In this document: piece by piece, positions 56,080-64,000 of the stretch
Position numbering within the stretch: the first letter of the stretch is position 1
Layout: every line of letters starts with the position of its first letter
Assembly: GCA_947085325.1 (NCBI GenBank)
Contig: CAMTVY010000005.1
Coordinates: 26,522 to 90,521 of the forward strand
DNA from: an uncultured Gammaproteobacteria bacterium
Lineage (GTDB): Bacteria; Pseudomonadota; Gammaproteobacteria; SURF-13
Length of the DNA stretch: 64,000 bases
Reading direction: 5' to 3'
Notes under the pieces: model-generated
Databases searched by the model: none
What the model was told of the DNA's origin: nothing
Seen by the model: only the letters and a program-made list of their open reading frames with translations
Translations under genes and position numbers: made by a program

Positions 56080-56454
56080 GGCGTATTCCTTAAAAGTACC
56101 AGCGCTCTACCACGTCCGTTGTGGCGGCAGCCGTGCGGCCCATCGTGTTCAGTCCAACCGGGCACTCCAGGGTCAGGGTGCAATTCCGGTTGTCGTACTC
56201 CAAGGGCCCGCTCGACCTCTCCCAGGTTTGGGAGGCGGGGGCGCGTCGTTTTATCAATCAATGGTTGCCTCTGCTTGCAAGGAGGGGCAACCCTGAAACT
56301 GTGGTTATCCTGCCGGAGGCAGGGACAATGGTGTATGTCGTGTCTCTCTCTTATCGTTAATTTTAGTTACAAATCACTGCAAATTGCCGCAAACTAGACC
56401 GGATTGGCGCACGGCAATGGGCTGATAAACCGCCTGAGGCAAATTATCTCAAAA

Positions 56455-57408
56455 ATGAGCAACAGTTGCAAAGATATTGATAAACAGGCCAATTTTATTG
56501 AGGTAGGGGCCGAGCACGCAGGCCGTCGGCTGGATAACTTCCTGCTGGCATATCTGAAAACCGTGCCCAAGAGTCGGGTATACCGCATAGTGCGCCGTGG
56601 CGAGGTGCGGGTCAACAAGGGGCGCATCAAACCCGACTACCGGCTGCAGGCAGGTGACCGGGTGAGGATTCCGCCGCTGTGGATAGAAGCGGTCGCACCC
56701 AAATCAGCCCCCCCCGATCGCATCCTGCGCCTGGTCGAACGCAGTGCGTTGTATGAGGATGAAACCCTGCTGGTGCTGAACAAGCCTGCGGGTATTGCCG
56801 TGCACAGCGGCAGCGGGGTCGAGCATGGCGTGATTGAGGCCCTGCGCGCGCTGCGCCCCGATGCCCCCTTTCTTGAACTGGCCCATCGCCTTGATCGGGA
56901 CACGTCCGGCTGTCTTATGATCGCCAAGACGCGGCAGGCACTGTCGGCGCTGCACACGTTGCTGCGTACAGGCGGGATCGAGAAGCATTATCTTGGGCTG
57001 GTCAAGGGCCGCTGGCAGGGCGGGGGACAAACCGTCAATGCCGCACTGCGCAGGAATGTGCTGCGCTCAGGCGAGCGCATGGTGCAGGTCACGGAGGAAG
57101 GCAAGCTGTCGGAAAGCGTATTTGAGCCGCAGCGCATGTTTGCCGATGCCAGCCTGATGCGTATCGGGTTGCATAGCGGACGCACCCACCAGATTCGCGT
57201 GCATGCGGCGCATATCGGACACCCCCTGGCGGGTGACAGCAAATACGGTGATGCCGACTTCAATCGCGCCATGCGCGTAGTGGGGGTGAAGCGCGTGTTT
57301 CTGCATGCACGGGAGATAGCATTGCAGCTGCCGGGGGCGGCGCGGAAGATACACATCATCGCGCCTCTGCCGGAGGATTTGCAGCGGGTGCTGGAGAAGA
57401 TGGGCTAG
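56455..57408 (+). CDS. rluC: 23S rRNA pseudouridine synthase RluC
   Basis: S4 domain RLDNFL, NKPAG, HRLDRDTSG, GRTHQIRVH; divergent from rne. Confidence 0.96.
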   Translation: MSNSCKDIDKQANFIEVGAEHAGRRLDNFLLAYLKTVPKSRVYRIVRRGEVRVNKGRIKPDYRLQAGDRVRIPPLWIEAVAPKSAPPDRILRLVERSALYEDETLLVLNKPAGIAVHSGSGVEHGVIEALRALRPDAPFLELAHRLDRDTSGCLMIAKTRQALSALHTLLRTGGIEKHYLGLVKGRWQGGGQTVNAALRRNVLRSGERMVQVTEEGKLSESVFEPQRMFADASLMRIGLHSGRTHQIRVHAAHIGHPLAGDSKYGDADFNRAMRVVGVKRVFLHAREIALQLPGAARKIHIIAPLPEDLQRVLEKMG

Positions 57409-58109
57409 TGGCGGCCGGCTATAAACTGCTGGTGTTCGACTGGGATGGCACGCTGATGGACTCCGAGGCCCATATCGTGCAGTGCATGCGCCTGGCTATG
57501 CGTGATGCCGGGTTGCCTGCCGTAGCTGATGCAGCCATCCGCAACATCATTGGCCTGGGCTTGGGCGAGGCCTTGCAGACCTTGCTTCCGGACGTCGACG
57601 ATGCTTTGCATGTGACACTGGTCGGGCACTACCGGCACCACTTTCTCGCGGGCGAACACGCGCCCTCCGAACTGTTTCCGGGCGCCAGTGAAACGCTCGC
57701 CCTGCTTGCAGAGGCGGGCTACCTGCTGGCGGTCGCCACCGGCAAGGGGCGCCAGGGCCTGAACCATGTGCTCGAACGTACCGGGCTGAAACACATGTTT
57801 CAGGGTACGCGTTGCGTGGACGAAGCCCCCTCGAAACCGCATCCACAGATGCTGCTGGATATCATGGCTGCGCTGGATGTGGCGCCGGCAAACACGCTGG
57901 TAATCGGTGATACGGAGTATGATATCAACATGGCGCGCAATGCGGGCTCGGCTGCGGTGGGTATGAGCTATGGCGTCCATGGGCGCACGCGGCTGTTGCA
58001 ATGCGGCGCACTGGCCTGTCTGGACAGCCTCCACGAGCTGCCTGGCTGGCTGGCAGCCGCAGTCCCGCTTTCTGTCCCAACCATGAGTGATCATCTGAGA
58101 GGCGTATGA
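57408..58109 (+). CDS. HAD-family hydrolase (phosphoglycolate phosphatase-like)
   Basis: FDWDGTLMDS, VATGK, SKPHP, IGDTEYD. Confidence 0.93.
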   Translation: MAAGYKLLVFDWDGTLMDSEAHIVQCMRLAMRDAGLPAVADAAIRNIIGLGLGEALQTLLPDVDDALHVTLVGHYRHHFLAGEHAPSELFPGASETLALLAEAGYLLAVATGKGRQGLNHVLERTGLKHMFQGTRCVDEAPSKPHPQMLLDIMAALDVAPANTLVIGDTEYDINMARNAGSAAVGMSYGVHGRTRLLQCGALACLDSLHELPGWLAAAVPLSVPTMSDHLRGV

Positions 58110-59089
58110 AGATGTCAGAAGGGCAAAACACATCCGAACCCGGAAACAGCGGAGAGCCGACGGCCTGGGAGCGTGAGGCGCTGAACAAGGTGTTGTTCGC
58201 TTCGCTCAAGGAGCAGCGCAGCACGCGCCGCTGGGGCGTGTTTTTCAAACTGCTGTTTTTCGGATACCTGTTTGCATTGCTGCTGCTGTACCTGCCAGAG
58301 GATCTGACAGGGGGCAGCATGTCGCTGGGCAAGCATACCGCCTTGGTTGAAGTTGAAGGTGTCATTGCCGATGACAGCAACGCCAGCGCCGACAATGTCA
58401 TCACCGGTCTGCGCGCGGCATTCAAGGACAAAAATACCCAGGGTGTGATTTTACGCATCAACAGCCCGGGCGGCAGCCCGGTGCAGGCCGGCTATATCAA
58501 CGACGAGATCGTGCGTTTGCGGGAGCAGTATCCCGATGTACCGCTGTACGCAGTGATCACCGATATTTGCGCCTCCGGCGGCTATTATGTTGCCGCAGCG
58601 GCGGACAAAATTTATGCCGACAAGGCCAGTATTGTAGGCTCTATCGGCGTGCTCATGGACGGTTTTGGTTTTGTCGGCGCGATGGAAAGGCTGGGCGTTG
58701 AGCGCCGCCTGCTGACGGCAGGCGAACACAAGGGTTTTCTGGATCCGTTTTCACCCGCCCGCCAGGAAGACATCGCGCATGTGCAGGGCATGCTCAAGGA
58801 GATCCACCAGCAATTCATTGCGACGGTTCAGAAAGGACGTGGTGCACGGCTGAAGGAAAGCGACGATCTTTACTCCGGCCTGATGTGGACCGGCGAGCAG
58901 AGCCTGGAAATGGGGCTGGTAGATGCCTTGGGCAGCAGCAGCCATGTAGCGCGTGAGGTGATCGGGGCCGAGAATATCGTCGACTTCACGCCGCATGCCA
59001 ACTACCTTGACCGGTTTGCCGAGCGCATTGGTATGGCCTTGGGTGAGATGCTGCTGTCCACCACGACCGCATGGGGCGGCCTTAAATAA
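58106..59089 (+). CDS. S49 family peptidase (SppA-like)
   Basis: RINSPGGS, CASGGYY, SIVGSIGV. Confidence 0.94.
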   Translation: MKMSEGQNTSEPGNSGEPTAWEREALNKVLFASLKEQRSTRRWGVFFKLLFFGYLFALLLLYLPEDLTGGSMSLGKHTALVEVEGVIADDSNASADNVITGLRAAFKDKNTQGVILRINSPGGSPVQAGYINDEIVRLREQYPDVPLYAVITDICASGGYYVAAAADKIYADKASIVGSIGVLMDGFGFVGAMERLGVERRLLTAGEHKGFLDPFSPARQEDIAHVQGMLKEIHQQFIATVQKGRGARLKESDDLYSGLMWTGEQSLEMGLVDALGSSSHVAREVIGAENIVDFTPHANYLDRFAERIGMALGEMLLSTTTAWGGLK

Positions 59090-59660
59090 GGCGCATGCCT
59101 TCCTGCTCGAGCATGCGCGTGAGGCGGATCAGGGGCAGGCCGATGAGTGCGCTGGGGTCGTCGCCGACCAGGCGCTCGATGAGTGCGGCGCCCATGCCCT
59201 CGGAGCGGAAGCTGCACGCACACTGATAGGGCTGCTCGCGTTGTAGATAGTTTTCGATCTGCGCCGTGTCGAGACGGCGAAACACCACGGTGCAGGGGAC
59301 GATATCGACATGCGTTGCACCGGTTGCGCTATTGAGCAGGCACAGCCCGGTGTAGAAGGTGATGTGCTTGCCGGAGACGCGTTGCAGTTGCTGCACCGCC
59401 TGCGCATGACCGCCCGGCTTGCCGAGGATGTCATCGCCCAGCGCCGCTACCTGGTCAGCGCCGATGATCAGCGCGGCAGGCTGCTGTGCGGCTACCGCAC
59501 GGGCCTTGGCCTCGGCCAGGCGCATGACCATGGTTGTGACCGGCTCGCCGGGATGGCGGGATTCGTCGACATGGGGGGCGCTCACGCTGTAGGGGAGCTT
59601 CAGGCCGTCCAGCAGTTGTTTGCGGGCGGGCGAGGTGGATGCGAGAACCAGTGGCAGCAT
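59082..59660 (-). CDS. Maf-family nucleotide pyrophosphatase (YceF-like)
   Basis: LVLASTSP.R, IIGADQ, LGKP, LIGLPL. Confidence 0.94.
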   Translation of the reverse strand: MLPLVLASTSPARKQLLDGLKLPYSVSAPHVDESRHPGEPVTTMVMRLAEAKARAVAAQQPAALIIGADQVAALGDDILGKPGGHAQAVQQLQRVSGKHITFYTGLCLLNSATGATHVDIVPCTVVFRRLDTAQIENYLQREQPYQCACSFRSEGMGAALIERLVGDDPSALIGLPLIRLTRMLEQEGMRLI

Positions 59661-59714
59661 GTGCAGTAATGGGGCGCCCAGGGAAAAGTCAGAGGTGGCG
59701 GGTTTGGGATGATT

Positions 59715-59743
59715 TTGACACAAAATACAGTTGATTATACAAT
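59715..59743 (+). promoter_or_regulatory. Sigma70 promoter of the yceD-rpmF-plsX-fab cluster
   Basis: TTGACA-17 bp-TACAAT, 9 nt before the ATG. Confidence 0.85.
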
Positions 59744-59752
59744 GCGCGGCCT

Positions 59753-60250
59753 ATGATAGAGCGGTTGCCGCTGGTCATTGACCCGTTACGGCTCGCCGAG
59801 GCGGGGAGTCGCTTCCGGGGCCCGTTGCCGTTGGCGGAGTTTCAGCGGCTTGCGCCCTCGCTACAGCAGGCGCAGGGCGAGGTCGAAGTGGAGGTCGAGT
59901 TTGGCAAGGACGACCTGCATGTCGCCTATTTGAGCGGTCGCTTGCATACCCAGCTCGTGCTGGTGTGTCAGCGCTGTCTGCAACCGATGACATGGCCGGT
60001 GAATACCACGTTCGCGCTGGGGCTGGTGACCACGGATCAAGCTGCCGAGCAGTTGCCGGAGCGCTACGAACCCCTCATGGTGAGCGGTTCCATGGCGCTG
60101 GCGGAGCTCATCGAAGACGAGCTGATTCTGGCCGTCCCGCTGGTGCCCATGCATCCCCGGGCAGAGTGTCCGGCACCGGGCGCCGGGGATGATCGGCAAC
60201 AGCAGGAGGCGCATCCATTTGCGGCGCTCGCCCAGTTGAAGCGGCGCTAA
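59753..60250 (+). CDS. yceD: YceD/DUF177 family protein
   Basis: [31 protein letters not shown]. Confidence 0.94.
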   Translation: MIERLPLVIDPLRLAEAGSRFRGPLPLAEFQRLAPSLQQAQGEVEVEVEFGKDDLHVAYLSGRLHTQLVLVCQRCLQPMTWPVNTTFALGLVTTDQAAEQLPERYEPLMVSGSMALAELIEDELILAVPLVPMHPRAECPAPGAGDDRQQQEAHPFAALAQLKRR

Positions 60251-60291
60251 ATTGTGCCGATGTTGATAAATTTTTACAGGGAGTTAAGCCC

Positions 60292-60471
60292 ATGGCAGTC
60301 CAGAAAAGTCGTAAAACACCCTCCAAGCGCGGCATGCGCCGTTCGCATGACGCCTTGACCGGGCCCACCCTGTCGACCGAATCCACGACAGGCGAAACCC
60401 ACCTGCGGCACCATGTCAGCCGTGACGGCTACTACCGTGGCCGCAAGGTCATCGCCTCCAAAAGCGAGTAG
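60292..60471 (+). CDS. rpmF: 50S ribosomal protein L32 (59 aa, not in ORF track)
   Basis: Manual translation [43 protein letters not shown]. Confidence 0.98.
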   Translation: MAVQKSRKTPSKRGMRRSHDALTGPTLSTESTTGETHLRHHVSRDGYYRGRKVIASKSE

Positions 60472-60553
60472 CAGCACAGCAACCTCCAGAGCCACACCTC
60501 TGAACCTGTCCGGGTTATCGCCTCACGGCCCACGTACCTAAGCGAGGCATCCT

Positions 60554-61624
60554 GTGGAACTGCATTCAGGTTTTGTTCCATCGAAGACGCGTACCCTGAC
60601 AGTTGCGCTGGACGCCATGGGCGGTGATCACGGCCCTTCGGTGGTGGTGCCTGCGGCATTGCAGGCACTCGCGGACTACGAGACCCTGCGCCTGATTCTG
60701 GTGGGTGACGAGGAAATCCTGCGCACGGCATTGCAGAGCAGCAAGGCCGCCAGCGGTTATGCTGCGAGCGAACGCCTGCTGGTGCAGCATGCATCGCAAC
60801 GCGTGGAGATGGACGATCTCCCGTCCCAGGCGATGCGCAATAAGAAGGATTCCTCCATGCGGGTTGCGCTCAACCTGGTGAAAGAGGGAAGCGCGAACGC
60901 CTGTGTCAGCGCCGGCAATACCGGTGCACTCATGGCCCTGGCGCGGTATGTGCTGAAGACCCTGCCCGGCGTCGACCGCCCCGCCATTATCACCGCATTG
61001 CCGACCATGAGCGGCCATACCTACATGCTCGATCTGGGTGCGAACAGCGACTGTACCCCCGAGCAGCTGTACCAGTTTGCAGTCATGGGTTCGGTGCTGG
61101 CGAGCGCGGTGGATGGCATGCCGCGGCCACGCGTGGGTTTGCTCAACATCGGCGCAGAAGAAATCAAAGGCAACGAGCGCGTGAAGGAAGCCGCCCGTCT
61201 GCTGGCGGAAAGCAGCCTGCACTACATCGGTTTTATTGAGGGTGACGGTATTTATGCCGGTGAGGCGGACGTGGTCGTGTGCGACGGCTTTACCGGTAAT
61301 GTGGCCCTGAAATGCAGCGAGGGCGTGGCGCACATGTTGCGGCATTTTCTGAAGCAGGAATTCCAGCGCAATCTGTTTACGCGGATGTGCGCATTGGTGG
61401 CCATGCCCGTACTGAAGGCATTCCGCAACAAAGTGGATCCACGTTGCTACAATGGGGCCAGTCTGCTGGGGTTGCAGGGCAGCGTGATCAAGAGTCACGG
61501 CAGCGCTGACGCCTTCGCCTTCGGTTGCGCCATACGCGAGGCCATACTGGAAGTGGCGCAGGATGTCCCGCAGCGCATCGGTTCGCACTTGCAGGCACAT
61601 TTGACGGAGGGCGCGACACCGTGA
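60554..61624 (+). CDS. plsX: Phosphate acyltransferase PlsX (start uncertain)
   Basis: [37 protein letters not shown]. Confidence 0.97.
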   Translation: MELHSGFVPSKTRTLTVALDAMGGDHGPSVVVPAALQALADYETLRLILVGDEEILRTALQSSKAASGYAASERLLVQHASQRVEMDDLPSQAMRNKKDSSMRVALNLVKEGSANACVSAGNTGALMALARYVLKTLPGVDRPAIITALPTMSGHTYMLDLGANSDCTPEQLYQFAVMGSVLASAVDGMPRPRVGLLNIGAEEIKGNERVKEAARLLAESSLHYIGFIEGDGIYAGEADVVVCDGFTGNVALKCSEGVAHMLRHFLKQEFQRNLFTRMCALVAMPVLKAFRNKVDPRCYNGASLLGLQGSVIKSHGSADAFAFGCAIREAILEVAQDVPQRIGSHLQAHLTEGATP

Positions 61625-62574
61625 GCGTGTATGCCCGCATTCGCGGTACCGGCAGTTATCTGCCGTCGCGGGTGCTGACCAATGCCGACCTGGAAAAGAT
61701 GGTCGAGACCTCCGATGAGTGGATCGTCGAGCGCACCGGCATTCGTGAGCGCCACATTGCAGCGGATAATGAAACGACCAGCGCTTTGGCCGAGCACGCA
61801 GCGCGCCAGGCCATCGAGGCGGCGGGCATCACGCCTGCCGCTATTGATCTCATCATCGTCGCCACCACCACGCCGGATAAAATCTTCCCCAGCACCGCCT
61901 GCTTGTTGCAGCAGCGGCTGGGTATTCACGGCTGTGCAGCGTTTGACGTGCAGGCGGCCTGTACCGGTTTCGTCTATGCCCTGGGTATCGCAGACAAGTT
62001 TATCCGCAGTGGTACGACGCAGTGCGCGCTGGTGGTGGGTGCCGAGATATTTTCGCGCATCGTGGACTGGAAAGACCGCAACACCTGCGTGTTGTTCGGC
62101 GATGGTGCGGGCGCTGTGATCCTGCAGGCGGACAGCGAGCCGGGTGTGTTGTCCACCCATCTGCACGCCGATGGGCAGTATCATCACCTGCTGACCACAG
62201 AGGACATCAGCGACGCACCCGGCGGCGGCTACGTCACCATGCAAGGCAGCGAGGTGTTCCGGATGGCGGTCAATACGCTGGATCGCATCGTGGATGAAAC
62301 ACTGGAGGCCAACCACATGCAGAGGTCCGACGTGGACTGGTTGATTCCGCATCAGGCGAATACCCGTATTATCAGCGCCACCGCCAAAAAGCTCGGTATG
62401 CCGATGGAGCGGGTGGTGGTGACCGTAGACAAGCATGGCAATACCTCGGCCGCATCGGTGCCGCTGGCGCTCGACACGGCGGTGCGCGATGGCCGCATCC
62501 GGCGTGGCGACACTTTGCTGCTGGAAGCCTTCGGCGCCGGCTTTACCTGGGGTTCGGCCCTGCTGAAGTATTGA
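61621..62574 (+). CDS. fabH: 3-oxoacyl-ACP synthase III
   Basis: [35 protein letters not shown]. Confidence 0.98.
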   Translation: MSVYARIRGTGSYLPSRVLTNADLEKMVETSDEWIVERTGIRERHIAADNETTSALAEHAARQAIEAAGITPAAIDLIIVATTTPDKIFPSTACLLQQRLGIHGCAAFDVQAACTGFVYALGIADKFIRSGTTQCALVVGAEIFSRIVDWKDRNTCVLFGDGAGAVILQADSEPGVLSTHLHADGQYHHLLTTEDISDAPGGGYVTMQGSEVFRMAVNTLDRIVDETLEANHMQRSDVDWLIPHQANTRIISATAKKLGMPMERVVVTVDKHGNTSAASVPLALDTAVRDGRIRRGDTLLLEAFGAGFTWGSALLKY

Positions 62575-62579
62575 GCCTG

Positions 62580-63515
62580 ATGGCGACGGCATTCATCTTT
62601 CCCGGCCAGGGCTCGCAGGCTGTCGGCATGCTGGCAGAGCTCGCCCGGCACTACCCGCAGGTGCAGGCCACCTATGCCGAGGCCTCGTCGGTGCTGGGCT
62701 ATGACGTATGGGCATTGGTGCAGCAGGGGCCCGAGTCCGAACTGAACCAGACCGCCAGAACCCAGCCGGCCATGCTTGCGGCCGGTGTTGCCGTCTGGCG
62801 TGTCTGGCAGGCCAGTGCCGGCAAACCGCCCGCGCGTCTTGCCGGGCACAGTCTCGGGGAATACACGGCGCTGGTGTGTGCGGAGGCGATCAGCTTCAGT
62901 GACGCCATTGCGCTTGTCGCCAGGCGCGGTGAGCTGATGCAGCAGGCCGTGGCGGAAGGCGCGGGCGCAATGGCGGCGATACTCGGCCTGGACGATGATG
63001 CGGTGCGTAGCGTGTGCCGCGAGGCGGGACAGGGCGAGGTGGTGGAGGCGGTCAATTTCAATGCGCCGGGGCAGGTGGTGGTGGCGGGCACGCAGGCTGC
63101 GGTTGCACGCGCTACGGAACTGGCTAAAAAAGCCGGGGCCAAGCGGGCGCTGCTGCTGCCCGTGAGCGTGCCCTCACATTGTGCCTTGATGCAGCCGGCC
63201 GCGCAAAAACTTGCTGCGCATTTGGAGCAGGTTGCATTTCAGGCGCCGCGCATCCCGGTGGTCAGCAATGTAGATGTTGCAGCGTATGAGACTGCCGCCG
63301 CTATCCGTGACGGCCTGGCGCGTCAACTCTATCAACCGGTGCGCTGGGTCGAGGTGATTCAGTCGCTGGTGAGTGCGGGTGCTGACAGCTTTATCGAGTG
63401 CGGGCCGGGCAAGGTGCTCGCGGGCTTGAATAAACGCATCGTACCGGAGGCGCGTACACTCGCGGTCTATGACTCGCCAACGCTGGCCCATGCGCTGGCA
63501 GCCCTGTCACAGTAA
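62580..63515 (+). CDS. fabD: Malonyl-CoA:ACP transacylase
   Basis: FPGQGSQ, TQPA, GHSLGEY, VSVPSH. Confidence 0.98.
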   Translation: MATAFIFPGQGSQAVGMLAELARHYPQVQATYAEASSVLGYDVWALVQQGPESELNQTARTQPAMLAAGVAVWRVWQASAGKPPARLAGHSLGEYTALVCAEAISFSDAIALVARRGELMQQAVAEGAGAMAAILGLDDDAVRSVCREAGQGEVVEAVNFNAPGQVVVAGTQAAVARATELAKKAGAKRALLLPVSVPSHCALMQPAAQKLAAHLEQVAFQAPRIPVVSNVDVAAYETAAAIRDGLARQLYQPVRWVEVIQSLVSAGADSFIECGPGKVLAGLNKRIVPEARTLAVYDSPTLAHALAALSQ

Positions 63516-63530
63516 AATCAGGAGAACAGC

Positions 63531-64000
63531 ATGCAGCGTGCTAACGAAATCGCCTTGGTCACCGGTGCAAGTCGCGGCATAGGCCTGGCGATTGCCCTGG
63601 AACTGGGGCGGCGAGGGGCGACGGTCATCGGTACTGCAACCTCACAAAATGGGGCTGATTCAATCAGTAACATATTGAAAGAAAACGATATTAATGGGTC
63701 TGGACAGGTCCTCGATGTGACCGACCCGGCCTCTGTCAGTGCGCTGCTGGCCGCGCTGGAGCAAGGCGTGGGTGCGCCGAGTATACTGGTCAACAACGCC
63801 GGCATTACCCGTGACGGTTTGCTGATGCGGATGAAGGACAGTGACTGGGAAGCGATCATCGCCACCAACCTCAGTTCGGTGTATCGTCTCAGCAAGGCCT
63901 GCATCCCGGCCATGATGAAGGCCAGGCAGGGTCGCATCATCAGCATTTCTTCTGTGGTAGGTGCGAGCGGCAATGCGGGTCAGACCAACTATGCGGCTGC
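63531..64000 (+). CDS. fabG: 3-oxoacyl-ACP reductase, 5' part (truncated by window edge, not in ORF track)
   Basis: Manual translation ALVTGASRGIG, LVNNAGITRD, ISSVVG..GNAGQTNYAA; AGGAG SD. Confidence 0.97.
   Translation, partial: MQRANEIALVTGASRGIGLAIALELGRRGATVIGTATSQNGADSISNILKENDINGSGQVLDVTDPASVSALLAALEQGVGAPSILVNNAGITRDGLLMRMKDSDWEAIIATNLSSVYRLSKACIPAMMKARQGRIISISSVVGASGNAGQTNYAA

Noticed and set aside
56080-56400. Separate ncRNA upstream of rne
   Set aside because: Most simply the long structured rne leader; no independent RNA family recognisable by eye.

Overview
About 60% GC gammaproteobacterial chromosome segment, mostly core genome. It holds the secY end, rpmJ and the alpha operon; a di-heme CCP-family protein; an MgtC/DUF4010 membrane protein; uvrA, an MFS transporter and ssb; ftsK-lolA; uppP; glgC-GH57-malQ coupled to a 1172-aa NfnB-NfnA-like flavo-Fe-S fusion; proS, wrbA, rubredoxin, thiD-thiE-hemL; a heavy-metal-type two-component module; ffh-rpsP-rimM-trmD-rplS-ogt-xerD; yajQ-dsbC; DAHP synthase, an RsmB/NOP methyltransferase, aguAB; lolCD-exbBD-msbA-lpxK-kdsB; rne/rluC; and yceD-rpmF-plsX-fabHDG. 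I saw no rRNA, tRNA or CRISPR array. The accessory signal is small-scale. (1) A Y1/HUH tyrosine transposase gene is bounded by perfect 22-bp inverted repeats, has a stuttered right end and lies next to GTAG REPs. (2) Several families of short palindromic elements appear recruited by host genes. One ~51-bp double-hairpin element with GGA loops supplies the MFS stop codon and also sits in frame inside LolA. Two ERIC/RPE-like elements supply an ORF coupled to hemL and a -10 box for yajQ. A multi-hairpin MITE follows dsbC. Intact GGA-loop hairpins that resemble CsrA/RsmA sites recur on the sense strand 3' of three genes. Gene calls come from recognising motifs in the translations; no database searches were run.
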